A stretch of DNA of 64,000 nt from NCBI RefSeq assembly GCF_009914755.1, contig NC_060935.1. One strand, 5' to 3'. Of this stretch, positions 52,701 through 64,000 are shown one piece after another. The translations under genes and the position numbers were made by a program. Position 1 is the stretch's first letter; each line of letters begins with the position of its first letter. The notes beneath the pieces are model-generated. The model did no database searches, had not been told where the DNA came from, and worked only from the letters and a program-made list of their open reading frames with translations. The stretch comes from the human T2T-CHM13v2.0 reference genome, Homo sapiens.

Positions 52701-55700
52701 AACCAGTTCATCAAAAGAAAGATTCATCTATGGGAGATGAATGCACACATCACAAAGAAGTTTCTCAGAATGCTTCTATCTGTTTTTTATGTGAAGGTAT
52801 TTCCTTTTCCATCGTAGGCCTCAAAGCGCTCCAAATGTCCACTTGCAGATTCTACAAAAAGAGAGTATCAAAACTGCTCAATTGAAAGAAAGGTCCAAAT
52901 CTGTGAGATGAACGAACACATCACAAAGAAATTTCTCAGAATTCTTCTGTCTAGTTTTTATGGGACGATATTTCCTTTTCCACCATAGGCCTCAAAATGC
53001 TCCAAATGTCCTGTTGTGGATTCTACAAAAAGAGAATTTCAAAAATGCTCTATGAAAACAAAGGAAAACTCTGTGAGATGAATGCACACCTCATAAAGAA
53101 GTTTCTCAGATTGCTTCTGTGTAGATTTTAAGTGAATATATTTCCTTTTCTACCTTAGGCCTCAAAGGGCTCCAAATGTCCACATGCGGATTCTACAAAA
53201 AGAGTGTTTCCAAACTGCTCAATCAAAAGAAAGTTTCAACTCTGTGAGATGAACGAACACATCACAAATAAGTTGGTCAGAATTTTTATGTCTAGTTTTT
53301 ATGTGAAGATATTTCATTTTACACCATAGGCCACAAGATGCTAGAAATGTCCACTTGCAGATCCTACAGAAAGAATATTTCAAAACTGGTCCATTAAAAG
53401 AAAGGTTCAATTCTGGAAGATGAATGCAGACATCACAAAGAAGTTTCTCAGAATTTTTCTGTCTAGTTTTTCTGTGAAGATATTTCCTTTACCAACATAG
53501 GCCTCAAAGCGCTCCAAATGTCTGCTTGCAGATACTGCATAAAGAGAGTTTCAAAACTGCTCAATGAAAAGAAAGGTTTAACTCTGTGAGATGAATGCAC
53601 ACATCACAAATAAGTTTCTCAGATTGCTTCTGTCTATTTTTTATGTGAAGATAGATCCTTTTCTAACATAGGATGCAAAGTGCTCCAGATGTCCACTTGT
53701 AGATTGCACAAAAAGAGTGTTTCCCACCTGCTCAATAAAAAGAAATGTTCATTTCTGTGAGATGAACGCATGCATCACAAAGGAGTTTCTCAGAATTTTT
53801 CCGTATGGTTTTTATGTAAAGATATTTCCTTTTCCACCATAGGCCTCAAACCGTACAAAATGACAACTTGCAGATTCTACAAAAAGAGAGTTTCAAAACT
53901 GCTGTATCAAAAGAAAGGTTCAATTCTGTTAGATGAATGCACACATCACAAAGAAGTTTCTCCGAATTCTTCTGTCTAGTTTTTATGTGAAGATATTACC
54001 TTTTCCATGATAGGCCTCAAATCGCTCCAAATGTCCACTTGCAGATTAAAAAAAAAGAGAGTTTCAAAACTCGTCAATTAAAAGAAAGTTTTAATTGACT
54101 GTGAGATGAACGCACACATCACAAAGAAGTTTCTCAGATTGCTTCTGTCTAGATTTCATGTGAAGATATTTCCTTATCTTCTGTAGGCTCCAAAGCGCTC
54201 CAAATGTTCACTTTCAGATTCTACAAAAAGAATATTTCCAAACTGCTCAATCAAAAGAAATGTTCAACTCTCTGAGATAAATGCACACATCACAAAGATG
54301 TTTCACAGAATTATTCTGTCTAGTTTTTATGTGAAGATATTTCATTTTCCACCATAGGCATCAAGGGGCTTGACATTTCCACTTGCAGATCCTACAAAAA
54401 AAGTATTTCAAAACTGGTCCATCAAAAGAAAGTTTCAACTCTGGGAGAGGAATGCACACATCACAAAGAAGTTTTTCAGATTGTTTGTCTAGATTTTATG
54501 TGAAGATATTTCCTTTTTTAACATAGGCCACAAGGCACTCTGAATGTCCCCTTGCAGATTCTACAAAAAGAGTGTTTCCAAACTGCTCACTCAATAGAAA
54601 GCTTCACTTCTCTGAGATGAACGCACACATCACAAAGAAGTTTCTCAGAATTCTTCCTTCTAGTTTTTCTGTGAAGATATTTCCTTTTCCACCAAATGGT
54701 TTAAAGTGCTCAAAATATCAACTTGAGATTTTACAAAAAGAGAGTTTCAAAACTGCACAATCAAAAGAAAGTTTTAACACTGTGAGATGAATACACACAT
54801 CATAAAGAAGTTTCTCAGATTACTTCTGTCTAGATTTTATGTGAAAATATTTCCTTTTCTACCTTAGGCCACAAAGCGCTCCAAATGTCCACTTGAAGAT
54901 TCTTCAAAAAGAGTGTTTCCAAACTGCTCGATCAAAAGAAAGGTTCAACTCTTTGAAGTGAATGCACACATCAGAAATAAGCTTCTCAGTATTCTTCTGT
55001 CTACTTTTTATGTGACAATATTTCCTTTTCCCCCTAGGCCTCAAAGCACTCCAAATGTCCACTTGCAAATCCTACAAAAAGAGACTTTCAAAACTTCTCT
55101 ATCAAAAAAAGGTTTAACGCTTTGAGATGAATGCACACATCACAAAGAAGTTTCTCAGATTGCTTCTATCTAGATTTTATGGGAAGATATTTCACTTTGG
55201 AACATAGGCCTCAAAGCACTCCAAATGTTGACTTGCAGATTCTACAAAAAGAGTATTTCAAAACTGATCCTTCAAAGGAAGGTTCAACTCTGGCAGATGA
55301 ATGCACACATCACAAAGCTGTTTCGCAGATTGCTTCTGTGTAGTTTTTAGGCGAAGATATTTCCTTTTCTACCATTGGCCTCAAGGCACTCCAAATGTCC
55401 ACTTGCAGATTCTACAAAAAGAGTGTTTCCAAAAGGGCTCACTCAAAAGAAAGAATCAACTCTGTGAGATGAAATCACTCATCACAAAGAAGTTTCTCAG
55501 ATTGCTTCTGTCTAGTTTTTATGTGAAGCTTTTTCCTTTTCCAAAATAGGCCTCAAGCACTCAAAATATCCACTTGTAGATACTACAAAAAGATACTTTC
55601 TTAACTCCTCAAACAAAAGGAAGTTTTAACTCTGTGAGATGAATGCACACATTACAAAGAATTTTCTCAGATTGCTTTTATCTAGATTTTATGTGAAGAT

Positions 55701-58700
55701 ATTTCCTTTTTTCACATAGGCCACAAAGCGCTCTGAATGTCCCCTTCCATATTCTACAAAAAGAGTGTTTCCAAACTGCTCACTCAATAGAAAGCTTAAA
55801 TTCTCTGAGATGAACGCACACATCACAAAGAAGTTTCTCAGAATTCTTCTGCTTATTTTTTATGTGAAGATATTTCCTTTTCCACCATAGGCCTCAAAGG
55901 GCTCCAAATGTCCACTTGCAGATTCTACAAAAAGACAGTTTGAAAACTCCTCAATCAAAATAAATCTTTAACTCTTTGAGGTGGATACACACATCTGAAA
56001 GAAGTTTCTCCGCTTCCTTCTGTCTAGATTTCATGTGAATATATTTCCTTTTCTGCCATAGACCGCAAGGCACTCCAAATGTCCAATTGCAGATTCTACA
56101 AAAAGAGTGTTTCCATACTGCTCAATAAAAGGAAAGGCTCAACTCTGTGAGAAGGATGCACACATCACAAAGTAGATTCTCAGAATTCTTCTCTCTAGTT
56201 TTTCAGTGAAGATATTTCCTTTTCCACCACAGGGTTCAAAGCACTCGAAATGTCAACTTGCAGATTCTACAAAAAGAGAGTTTCAAAACTGCACAATCAA
56301 AAGAAAGTTTTAACTCTGTGAGATGAATACAGACATCACAAAGAAGTTTCTCAGATTGCTTCTGTCTAGATTTTACGTGAAGCTATTTCCTTTTCTTCAA
56401 AAGGCCGCAAAGCACTCCAAATGTCCACTTGCAGATTCTACAAAAAGAGTGTTTCCAAACTGCTCAATCAACAGAAAGGTTCAACTATGTGAGAAGAACG
56501 CACACATTACAAAGTAGTTTCTCAGAATTCTTCCTTCTAGTTTTTCTGTGAAGATATTTCCTTTTCCACCAAAGGGTTCAAAGCACTCGAAATATCAACT
56601 TGCAGATTCTACAGAAAGAGAATTTCAAAACTGCACAATCAAAAGAAAGTTTTAACACTGTGAGATGAATACACACATCATAAAGAAGTTTCTCAGATTG
56701 CTTCTGTCTAGATTTTATGTGAAAATATTTCCTTTTCTACCTTAGGCCGCAAAGCACTCCAAATGTCCTTCTGTCTACTTTTTATGTGAAGATATTTCCT
56801 TTTCCCCCTAGGCCTCAAAGCGCTCCAAATGTCCACTTGCAAATTCTACAAAAGGAGACTTTCAAAACTTCTCTATCAAAAGAAAGGTTTAACCTTTTGA
56901 GATGAATGCACACATCACAAGCGTTCCAAATGTCCGCTTGCAGATTCTACAAAAAGAGAGTTTGAAAACTCCTCAATCAATCAAAAGAATGGTTTAATTC
57001 TGTGAGGTGAATGCCCACATCACAAGGAGGTTTCTCAGTTTGTTTCTGTCTAGATTTTCTTTTAAGATTTTTTTTGTACCATAGGCCACAAAGTGCTCCA
57101 AATGTCCACTTGCAGAATTTACAAATAGTGTGTCCAAACTGCTCAAAAAAAAGAAATGTTCAAATCTGTGAGCTGAACACACACATCACAAAGAAGTTTC
57201 TCAGAATTCTTCTGTCTAGTTTTTATATGAAGATATTCCTTATTCCACCATAGGCGTCAAAGCACTCCAAATGTCCAGTTGCAGATTCTAGAAAAAGAGA
57301 GTTTCAAAACTGCTCTTTCAAAAGAAAGGTTTAAATGAGTGAAATGAATGCACACCTCACAAAGAAGTTTCTCAGATGGCTTCTGTCTAAATGTGAAGAT
57401 ATTTCCTTGTCTGCCATAGGCCGCATACCGCTCCAAATGTCCACTTGCGGATTCCACAAAAAGAGTGTTTCCAAACTACTCAATCAAAAGAAAGGTTCAA
57501 CTCTATGAGATGAAAGCACATATCACAAAGAAGTTTCTCAGAATTCTTCTGTCTGGTTTTTATGTGAAGATACTTCGTTTTCCACCATTGGCCTCAAAGC
57601 GTTCCAAATGTCTACTGGCAGATGCTACAAAAAGAGAGTTTCAAAACTGCTCTATCAAAAGAAAGGTTCAACTCTGTGAGTTGAATGCACACATCACAAA
57701 GAAGTCTCTGAGAATGCTTCTGTCTAGATTTTATGTGAAGATATTTCCTATTCTACCATAGAATGCAAAGTGGTCCAAATGTCCATTTGCAGATTCTACA
57801 AAAAGAGTGTTTCCAAACTGCTCAATCAAAAGAAAGCTACAACTCTGTGAGATTAATGCAAACATCACAATAAGTTTCTCAGAATGCTTCTGTCTAGTTT
57901 TTATGTGAAGATACTTCCTGTTCCACCATAGGCATCAAAGCGCTCCAAATGTCCGCTTGCAGATCCTCCAAAAAGAGATTTTAATAACTGCTCAATAAAA
58001 AGAAAGGTTTAACTCTGTGAGATGAATGCCCACATAACAAAGAAGTTTCTCAGATTGATTCTCTCTAGATTTTATGTGAACATATTTCCTTTTCTACCAC
58101 AGGCCGCAAAGCACTCCAAATGTCCACTTCCAGATTCTACAAAAAGTGTATTTCAAAACTGGTCCTTCAGAAGAAAGGTTCGACTCTGGGAGATGAATGT
58201 ACACATCACAACGAAGTTTTTCAGAATGCTTCTATCTAGTTTTTATGTGACGATATTTCCTTTCCCACAATAGGCCTCAAAGCGATCCTAGTGTCCACTT
58301 GTAGATTCTAAAATACAGAGTTTCATAATTTCTACATCAAAAGAAAGGTTTAACTCTGTGAGGTGAATGCACACAACACAAAGAAGTTTGTCAGATTGCT
58401 TCTGTGTAGATTTTATGTGAAGATATTTCCTTTCTAACAGAGGCCACAAAGGCTCCAAATGTCCAATTGCAGATACTACATAAAGAGTGTTTCCAAACTG
58501 CACAGTCATATGAAAGGTTCAACTCTATGAGATGAAAGCACACCACACAAAGAAGCTACTCAGAATTCTTCTTTCTAGTTTTTATGTGAATATATTTGCT
58601 TTTCCACAACAGGTCTCAAAGAGCTCCAAATGTCCAATTGAAGATTCTGCAAAAAGAGAGTTTCAAAAGCGCTCAATCAAAAGAAAGTTTTAACTCTGTT

Positions 58701-59030
58701 AGATTAATGCAAACATCACAAAGAAGTTTCTCACAATTCTTCTCTCTAGTTTTTATGTGAAGATATTTCCTTTTCCACCATAGGCCTCAAAGCACTCCAA
58801 ATATCCACTTGCAGATTCTACAAAAAGAGTGTTTCAAAACTGCTCAATCAAAAGGAAGGTGTAACTCTGTGTGTTGAGTGCACACATCACAAATAAATTT
58901 CTCAGATTGCTTCCACCTAGATTTCATGTGAAGATATTTCCTTTTCTATGATAGGCTGCATGCTGCTCCAAATGTCCTAGTGCAGATTCTACAAAAAGAG
59001 TGTTTCCAACTGCTCAATCAAAAGATAGGC
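46781..59030 (-). repeat. Alpha satellite layer E (AAATGTCC / CAGATTGCTTCTGTCTAGATTTT type)
   Basis: AAATGTCCAC replaces AAATATCCAC. AGATTGCTTCTGTCTAGATTTT...TTCTACC monomers loosely alternate with AGAATTCTTCTGTCTAGTTTT...TTCCACC monomers. Confidence 0.92.
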
Positions 59031-62000
59031 TCAACTCTGTGAGTTGAATGCACACAATGCAAAGAAGTTTCTCAGAATGATTCTGTGTAGTTTTTAGTTG
59101 AAGATATTTCCTCTACCACAGTAGGCCTCCAAGGGCTCCATATATCCACCTGCAGATTCTGCAGAAAGATATTCAAAACTGCTCAATGAGAAGATAAGTT
59201 CACCTCTGTGAGTTGAAGGCACACCTCACAAAGAAGTTTCTCAGAATGCTTCTGTGTAGTTTTTCTGTGAACATATTCGATTTTCCACAGTAGGCCTCTC
59301 AGCGCTAAAATATCCACTTGAACATTTTACAAATAGATTCAAAACTGCTCAATCAAAGAAATGTTCAACATTGTGACATGAATGCACACATCATTAAGAA
59401 GTTTATCAGAATGCTTCTGTGTAGTTTTTGTGTGAAGATATTTCCTTTTCCATCATAGGCCACAGAGGGCCCCAAATATCCACTTGCAGATTCTACAAAA
59501 AGAGAAATTCCAAAGTGCTCAATGAGAAGATAAGTTCAACTCTGTGTGATGAATGCACACCTCGCAAGGAAGGTTCTGAGTTCTTCTGTGTAGTTTTTAT
59601 GTGAAGATATTTCGTTTTCCACAGTAGACCGCAAAGCTCTTCAAACATCCACTTGCAGATTGTATAAAAAGAGAGATTCTAAACTGCTCAATCAAAAGAT
59701 AGGTTCAACTCTGTGAGTTGAATGCACACATCAAGAAGAAGTTTCTGAGAATGACTCTGTGTAGTTTTTATTTGAAGATATTTCCTTTTCCACAATAGGC
59801 CACAAAGGACTCCAATTATCCACTTGCAGATTCTACAAAAAGAGTGATACAAAACTGCTCAATCAAAAAAGTTTCACCTCTGTGGGATGAATGCACACAT
59901 CACAAAGAAGTTTCTCAGAATGCTTTTGTGTAGTTTTTATGTTAGGATATTTGCTTTTCCATGATAGGCCTCAAAGCACTCGAAATATCCACTCGCAGAT
60001 TCATCAAAAAGATTGTTTCAAAACTGCTCAATCATAAGATAGGTTCAACCCTCTGAGATGAATGTACACATCACAAAGGAGTTTATCAGAATGTTTCTGT
60101 GTAGTTTTTATGTGAAGATGTATCTTTTTCCACCATAGGCCACAAAGGGCTCCAAATATCCAGTTGCAGATTCTACAAAAAGAGAGATTCAAAACTGCTC
60201 AATGAGAAGATAAGTTCAACTCTGTGAGTTGAATGCACATATCACAAGAAGTTTCTCAATATGCTTCTGTATAATTTTTATGTGAAGATATTTCCATTTC
60301 CACAATCCACCTCAAAGCTCTCCAGACATCCACTTGCAGATTGTGCAAAAAGAGAGATTCCAAACTACTCAATCAAAAGATAGGTTCAGCCCTGTGAGTT
60401 GAATGCAAGCATCACAAAGAAGTTTCTCAGAATGCTTCTGTGTAGTTTTTATCTGTGGATATTTCCTTTTCCACAATAGGCCACAAAGGGCTCAAAATAT
60501 CCACTCGCAGATTATATAAAAAGAGGGTTTCAGAACTCCTCAATCAAAGGAAAGGTTCAACTCCATGAGATGAATGCACACATCACAAAGAAGTTTCTCA
60601 GAATGATTCTGTGTAGTTTTTATGTGGAGATGTATCCTTTTCCACCATAGGCCACAAATGGCTCCAAATATTCACTTGCAGATCCTGCAAAAAGTGAGAT
60701 TCAAAACTGCTAAATCAAAAGATAGGTTCAACTCTGTGAGTTGAATGCACACAATGCAAAGAAGTTTCTCAGAATGCTTCTGTGTAGTTTTTAGTTGAAG
60801 ATATTTGCTCTTCCACAATAGGCCACGAAGGGCTCCAACAATCCACCTGCAGATTCTGCAAAAAGATAAATTCAAAACTGCTCAATGAGAAGATAAGTTT
60901 AACTCTGTGAGTTGAATGCACAGCTCACAAAGAGGTTTCACAGAATGCTTCTGTGTAGTTTTTCTGTGAACAAATTCAATTTATCACAGTAGGCCTCTCA
61001 GTGCTCCAAATATCCACTTGCACATTCTACAAAAAGAGAGATTGAAATCTGCTCAATCAAAAGAAAGGTTCAACTCTGTGAGATGAATGAACACATTGCT
61101 AAGAGGTTTCTCAGAATGTTTCTGTGTAGTTTTTATGTGAAGATATTTCCTTTTCCATCATAGGCCACAGAGGGCTCTTAATGTTCACTTGCAGATTCTA
61201 CAAAAAGAGAGATTCAAAACTGCTCAATGAGAATATAAGTTCAACTCTCTGTGTTGAAGGCACACCTCACAAAGAAGGTTCTCAGAATGATTCTGTGAAG
61301 TTTTTGTGTGAAGATATTTCATTTTCCAAAATAGGCCTCAAAGCTCTTCAAATATCCACTTGCAGATTCTACAAAATGAGAGATTCTAAACTGCTCAATC
61401 AAAAGATAGGTTCAACTCTGTGAGATGAATGCACACATCACAAAGAACTTTCCCAGAATGCTTCTGTGTAGTTTTTATGTGAACATATTTGATTTTCCAT
61501 AGTAGGCCTCACAGCGCTCCAAATATCCACTTGCAGATTGTACAAAAAGAGAGATTCTAAACTGCTCAATCGAAAGATGGGTTCAACTCTGTGAGATGAA
61601 TGCACACATCACAAAGAAGTTTCTCAGAATGTTTCTGGGTAGCTTTTATTTGAAGATATTTCCTTTTCCACCGTAAGGTGAAAATGGCTCCAAATATCCA
61701 CTTTGCAGATGCTACAAAAAGAGAGATTCTAAACTGCTCAATGAAAAGATAGGTTCAACTCTGTGAGTTGAATGCACACATCCCAAAGAAGTTTCTCAGA
61801 ATTCTTCTGTGTAGTTTTTAGTTGAAGATATTTGCTCTTCCACGGTAGGTATCAAAGGGCTCCAAATATCCACCTGCAGATTCCAAAAAAAAGATAGATT
61901 CAAAACTGTTCAATGAGAAGATAAGTTAAACTCTGTGAGTTGAATGCACACCTCACAAAGAAGTTTCTCAGAATGCTTCTGTGTAGTTTTTATGTGAAGA

Positions 62001-64000
62001 TATTTCCTTTTCCACAAGAGGCCTCAAACGGCTCCAAACATTCACTTGCAGATTCTGCAAAAAGAAAGATTCAAAACTGATCAATCGAAAGATAGGTTCA
62101 ACTCTGTGAGTTGAATGCACACATCAAGAAGAATTTTCTCAGAAGGTTTCTGTGCAGTTTTGAAGTGAACATATTTGATTTTCCACAGAAGGCCTCACAG
62201 TGCTCCAAATATCCACATGCAGATGCTACAAAAAGAGAGATTCAAAACTGCTTAATCAAAAGATGGGATCAACTATGTGAGTTGAATGAACACATCATGA
62301 AGAAGTTTCTCAGAATGCTTCTGACTAGTTTTTATGTGAAGATATTTCGTTTTCCACAATAGGCCTCTAAGGGCTCCAATTATTCACTTGCAGATTGCAC
62401 AAAAAGAGTGTTCCAAAACTGCTCAATCAAAACAAAAGTTCACCTCTATGAGATGAATGCACTCATCACAAAGGCCTTTCTCAGAATGCTTCTTTCTAGT
62501 TCTTATGTGAGGATATTTCCTTTCCCACAATAGGCCTCAAAGGGCTCCAAATATCCACCTGCAGATTCTACAAAAAGAGTGTCTCAAAACTGATCAGTCA
62601 ACAGAAAGGTTCAACTCTGTGAGATGAATGCACACATCACAAGAAGTTTCTCAGAATGCTTCTGTTTAGTTTTTATGTGAGGATATTTCCTTTTCAACAA
62701 TCCGCCTCAAAGGGCTCCAAATATCCACCTTCAGATTCCACAAAAAGAGTGTTTGAAAACTGCTCAATGAAAAGGAAGGTTCAACTCTGTGAGATGAATG
62801 CACACATCACAAAAAAGTTTCTCAGAATGCTTCTGTGTACTTATTATCTGAATATATTTGCTTTTCCACGGTAGGCCTCAAAGCACTCGAAATATCCACT
62901 TGCAGATTCTACAAAAAGTGTGTTTCAAAACTGCTCCATCACAAGATAGGTTCAAAACTCTGAGCTGAATGCACGCATCACAAAGAAGTTTCTTAGAATA
63001 CTTCTGTGTAGTTTTTATGTGAACACATTTTATTTTCCACAGTAGGCCTCACAGCACTCCAAATATCCAATTGCAGATACTACAAAAAGTGAGATTCAAA
63101 ACTGCTCAATGAAAAGATAAGTTCAAGTCTGTGAGTTGAATGCACACATCATGAAGAAGTTTCTGAGATTGTTTCTGTGTAGTTTTTATTTGAAGATATT
63201 TCCTTTTCCACCATAGGGTGCAAAGGGCTCCAAATATCCATTTGCAGATTCCACAAAAAGAGAGATTCTCAACTGCTCAATCGAAAGATAGGTTCGACTC
63301 TGTGAGTTGAAAGCACATATCCCAAAGTAGTTTCTCAGAATTCTTCTGTGTAGTTTTTAGTTGAAGATATTTGCTCTTCCACAGTAGGTCCCAAAGGGCT
63401 CCAAATATCCACCTGCAGATTCTGAAAAAAGGTATATTCAAAACTGCTCATTGAGAAGATAAGTTCACCTCTGTGAATTGAATGCACACCTCACAAAGAA
63501 GTTTCTCAGAATGCATCTGTGTAGTTTTTATGTGAAGATATTTCCTTTTCCACAATAGGCCTCAAATGGCTCCAAACATCCACTTGCAGATTCTGCAAAA
63601 AGAAAGATTCAAAACTGCTCAAAAAAAAAAAAAAAAATAGGTTCAACTCTTGAGTTGAATGCACACATCACAAAGAAATTTCTCAGAATGCTTCTGTGTA
63701 GTTTTGAAGTGAATATATTTGATTTTCCATAGTAGGCCTCACTGTGCTCCAAATATCCACTTGCAGATTGCACAAAAAGAGAGGTTCAAAACTGCTCAAT
63801 CAAAAGATAAGTTTAACTCTGTGAGTTGAATGCACACATCACGAAGAAGTTTCTCACAATGCTTCTGACTAGTTTTTAAGTGAAGATATTTCCTTTTCCA
63901 CAATAGGCCTAAAAGGGCTCCAAATAACCACTTACAGATTCAACAGAGAGAGTGTTTCAAAACTGATCAGTCAAAAGAAAAGTTCAACTCTGTGTGATGA
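59031..64000 (-). repeat. Alpha satellite layer F (CTGTGTAG type, related to the distal part of layer D); runs off the window end
   Basis: Return of CTGTGTAG, AAATATCC and AAGAGAGATTC, plus a new AATGAGAAGATAAGTT variant. Confidence 0.92.

Overview
This is primate (human/great-ape-like) pericentromeric DNA. About 55 kb is divergent, mostly monomeric ~171-bp alpha satellite, arranged in several sequence-distinct layers. The rest is LINE-1 material: a 3'-truncated L1 fragment (1-775) and a full-length decayed L1PA3/PA4-like element on the minus strand (18078-26366). That element's ORF1 is interrupted by a younger L1 with a twin-priming 5' inversion, a 15-bp TSD and a 57-nt 3' transduction. A 10.7-kb satellite block (7367-18074) is inverted relative to its neighbours. 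One lone B-type monomer carries a CENP-B box with an intact core (45464-45480), and several decayed higher-order-repeat-like duplications are visible. There is no intact protein-coding gene, RNA gene or CRISPR array. I cannot support a previously undescribed biological system here; the interesting content is structural and evolutionary. Alpha strand is given relative to the conventional consensus direction (CATTCTCAGAAACTTCTTTGTGATG...). Layer boundaries are by-eye estimates, good to about one monomer.
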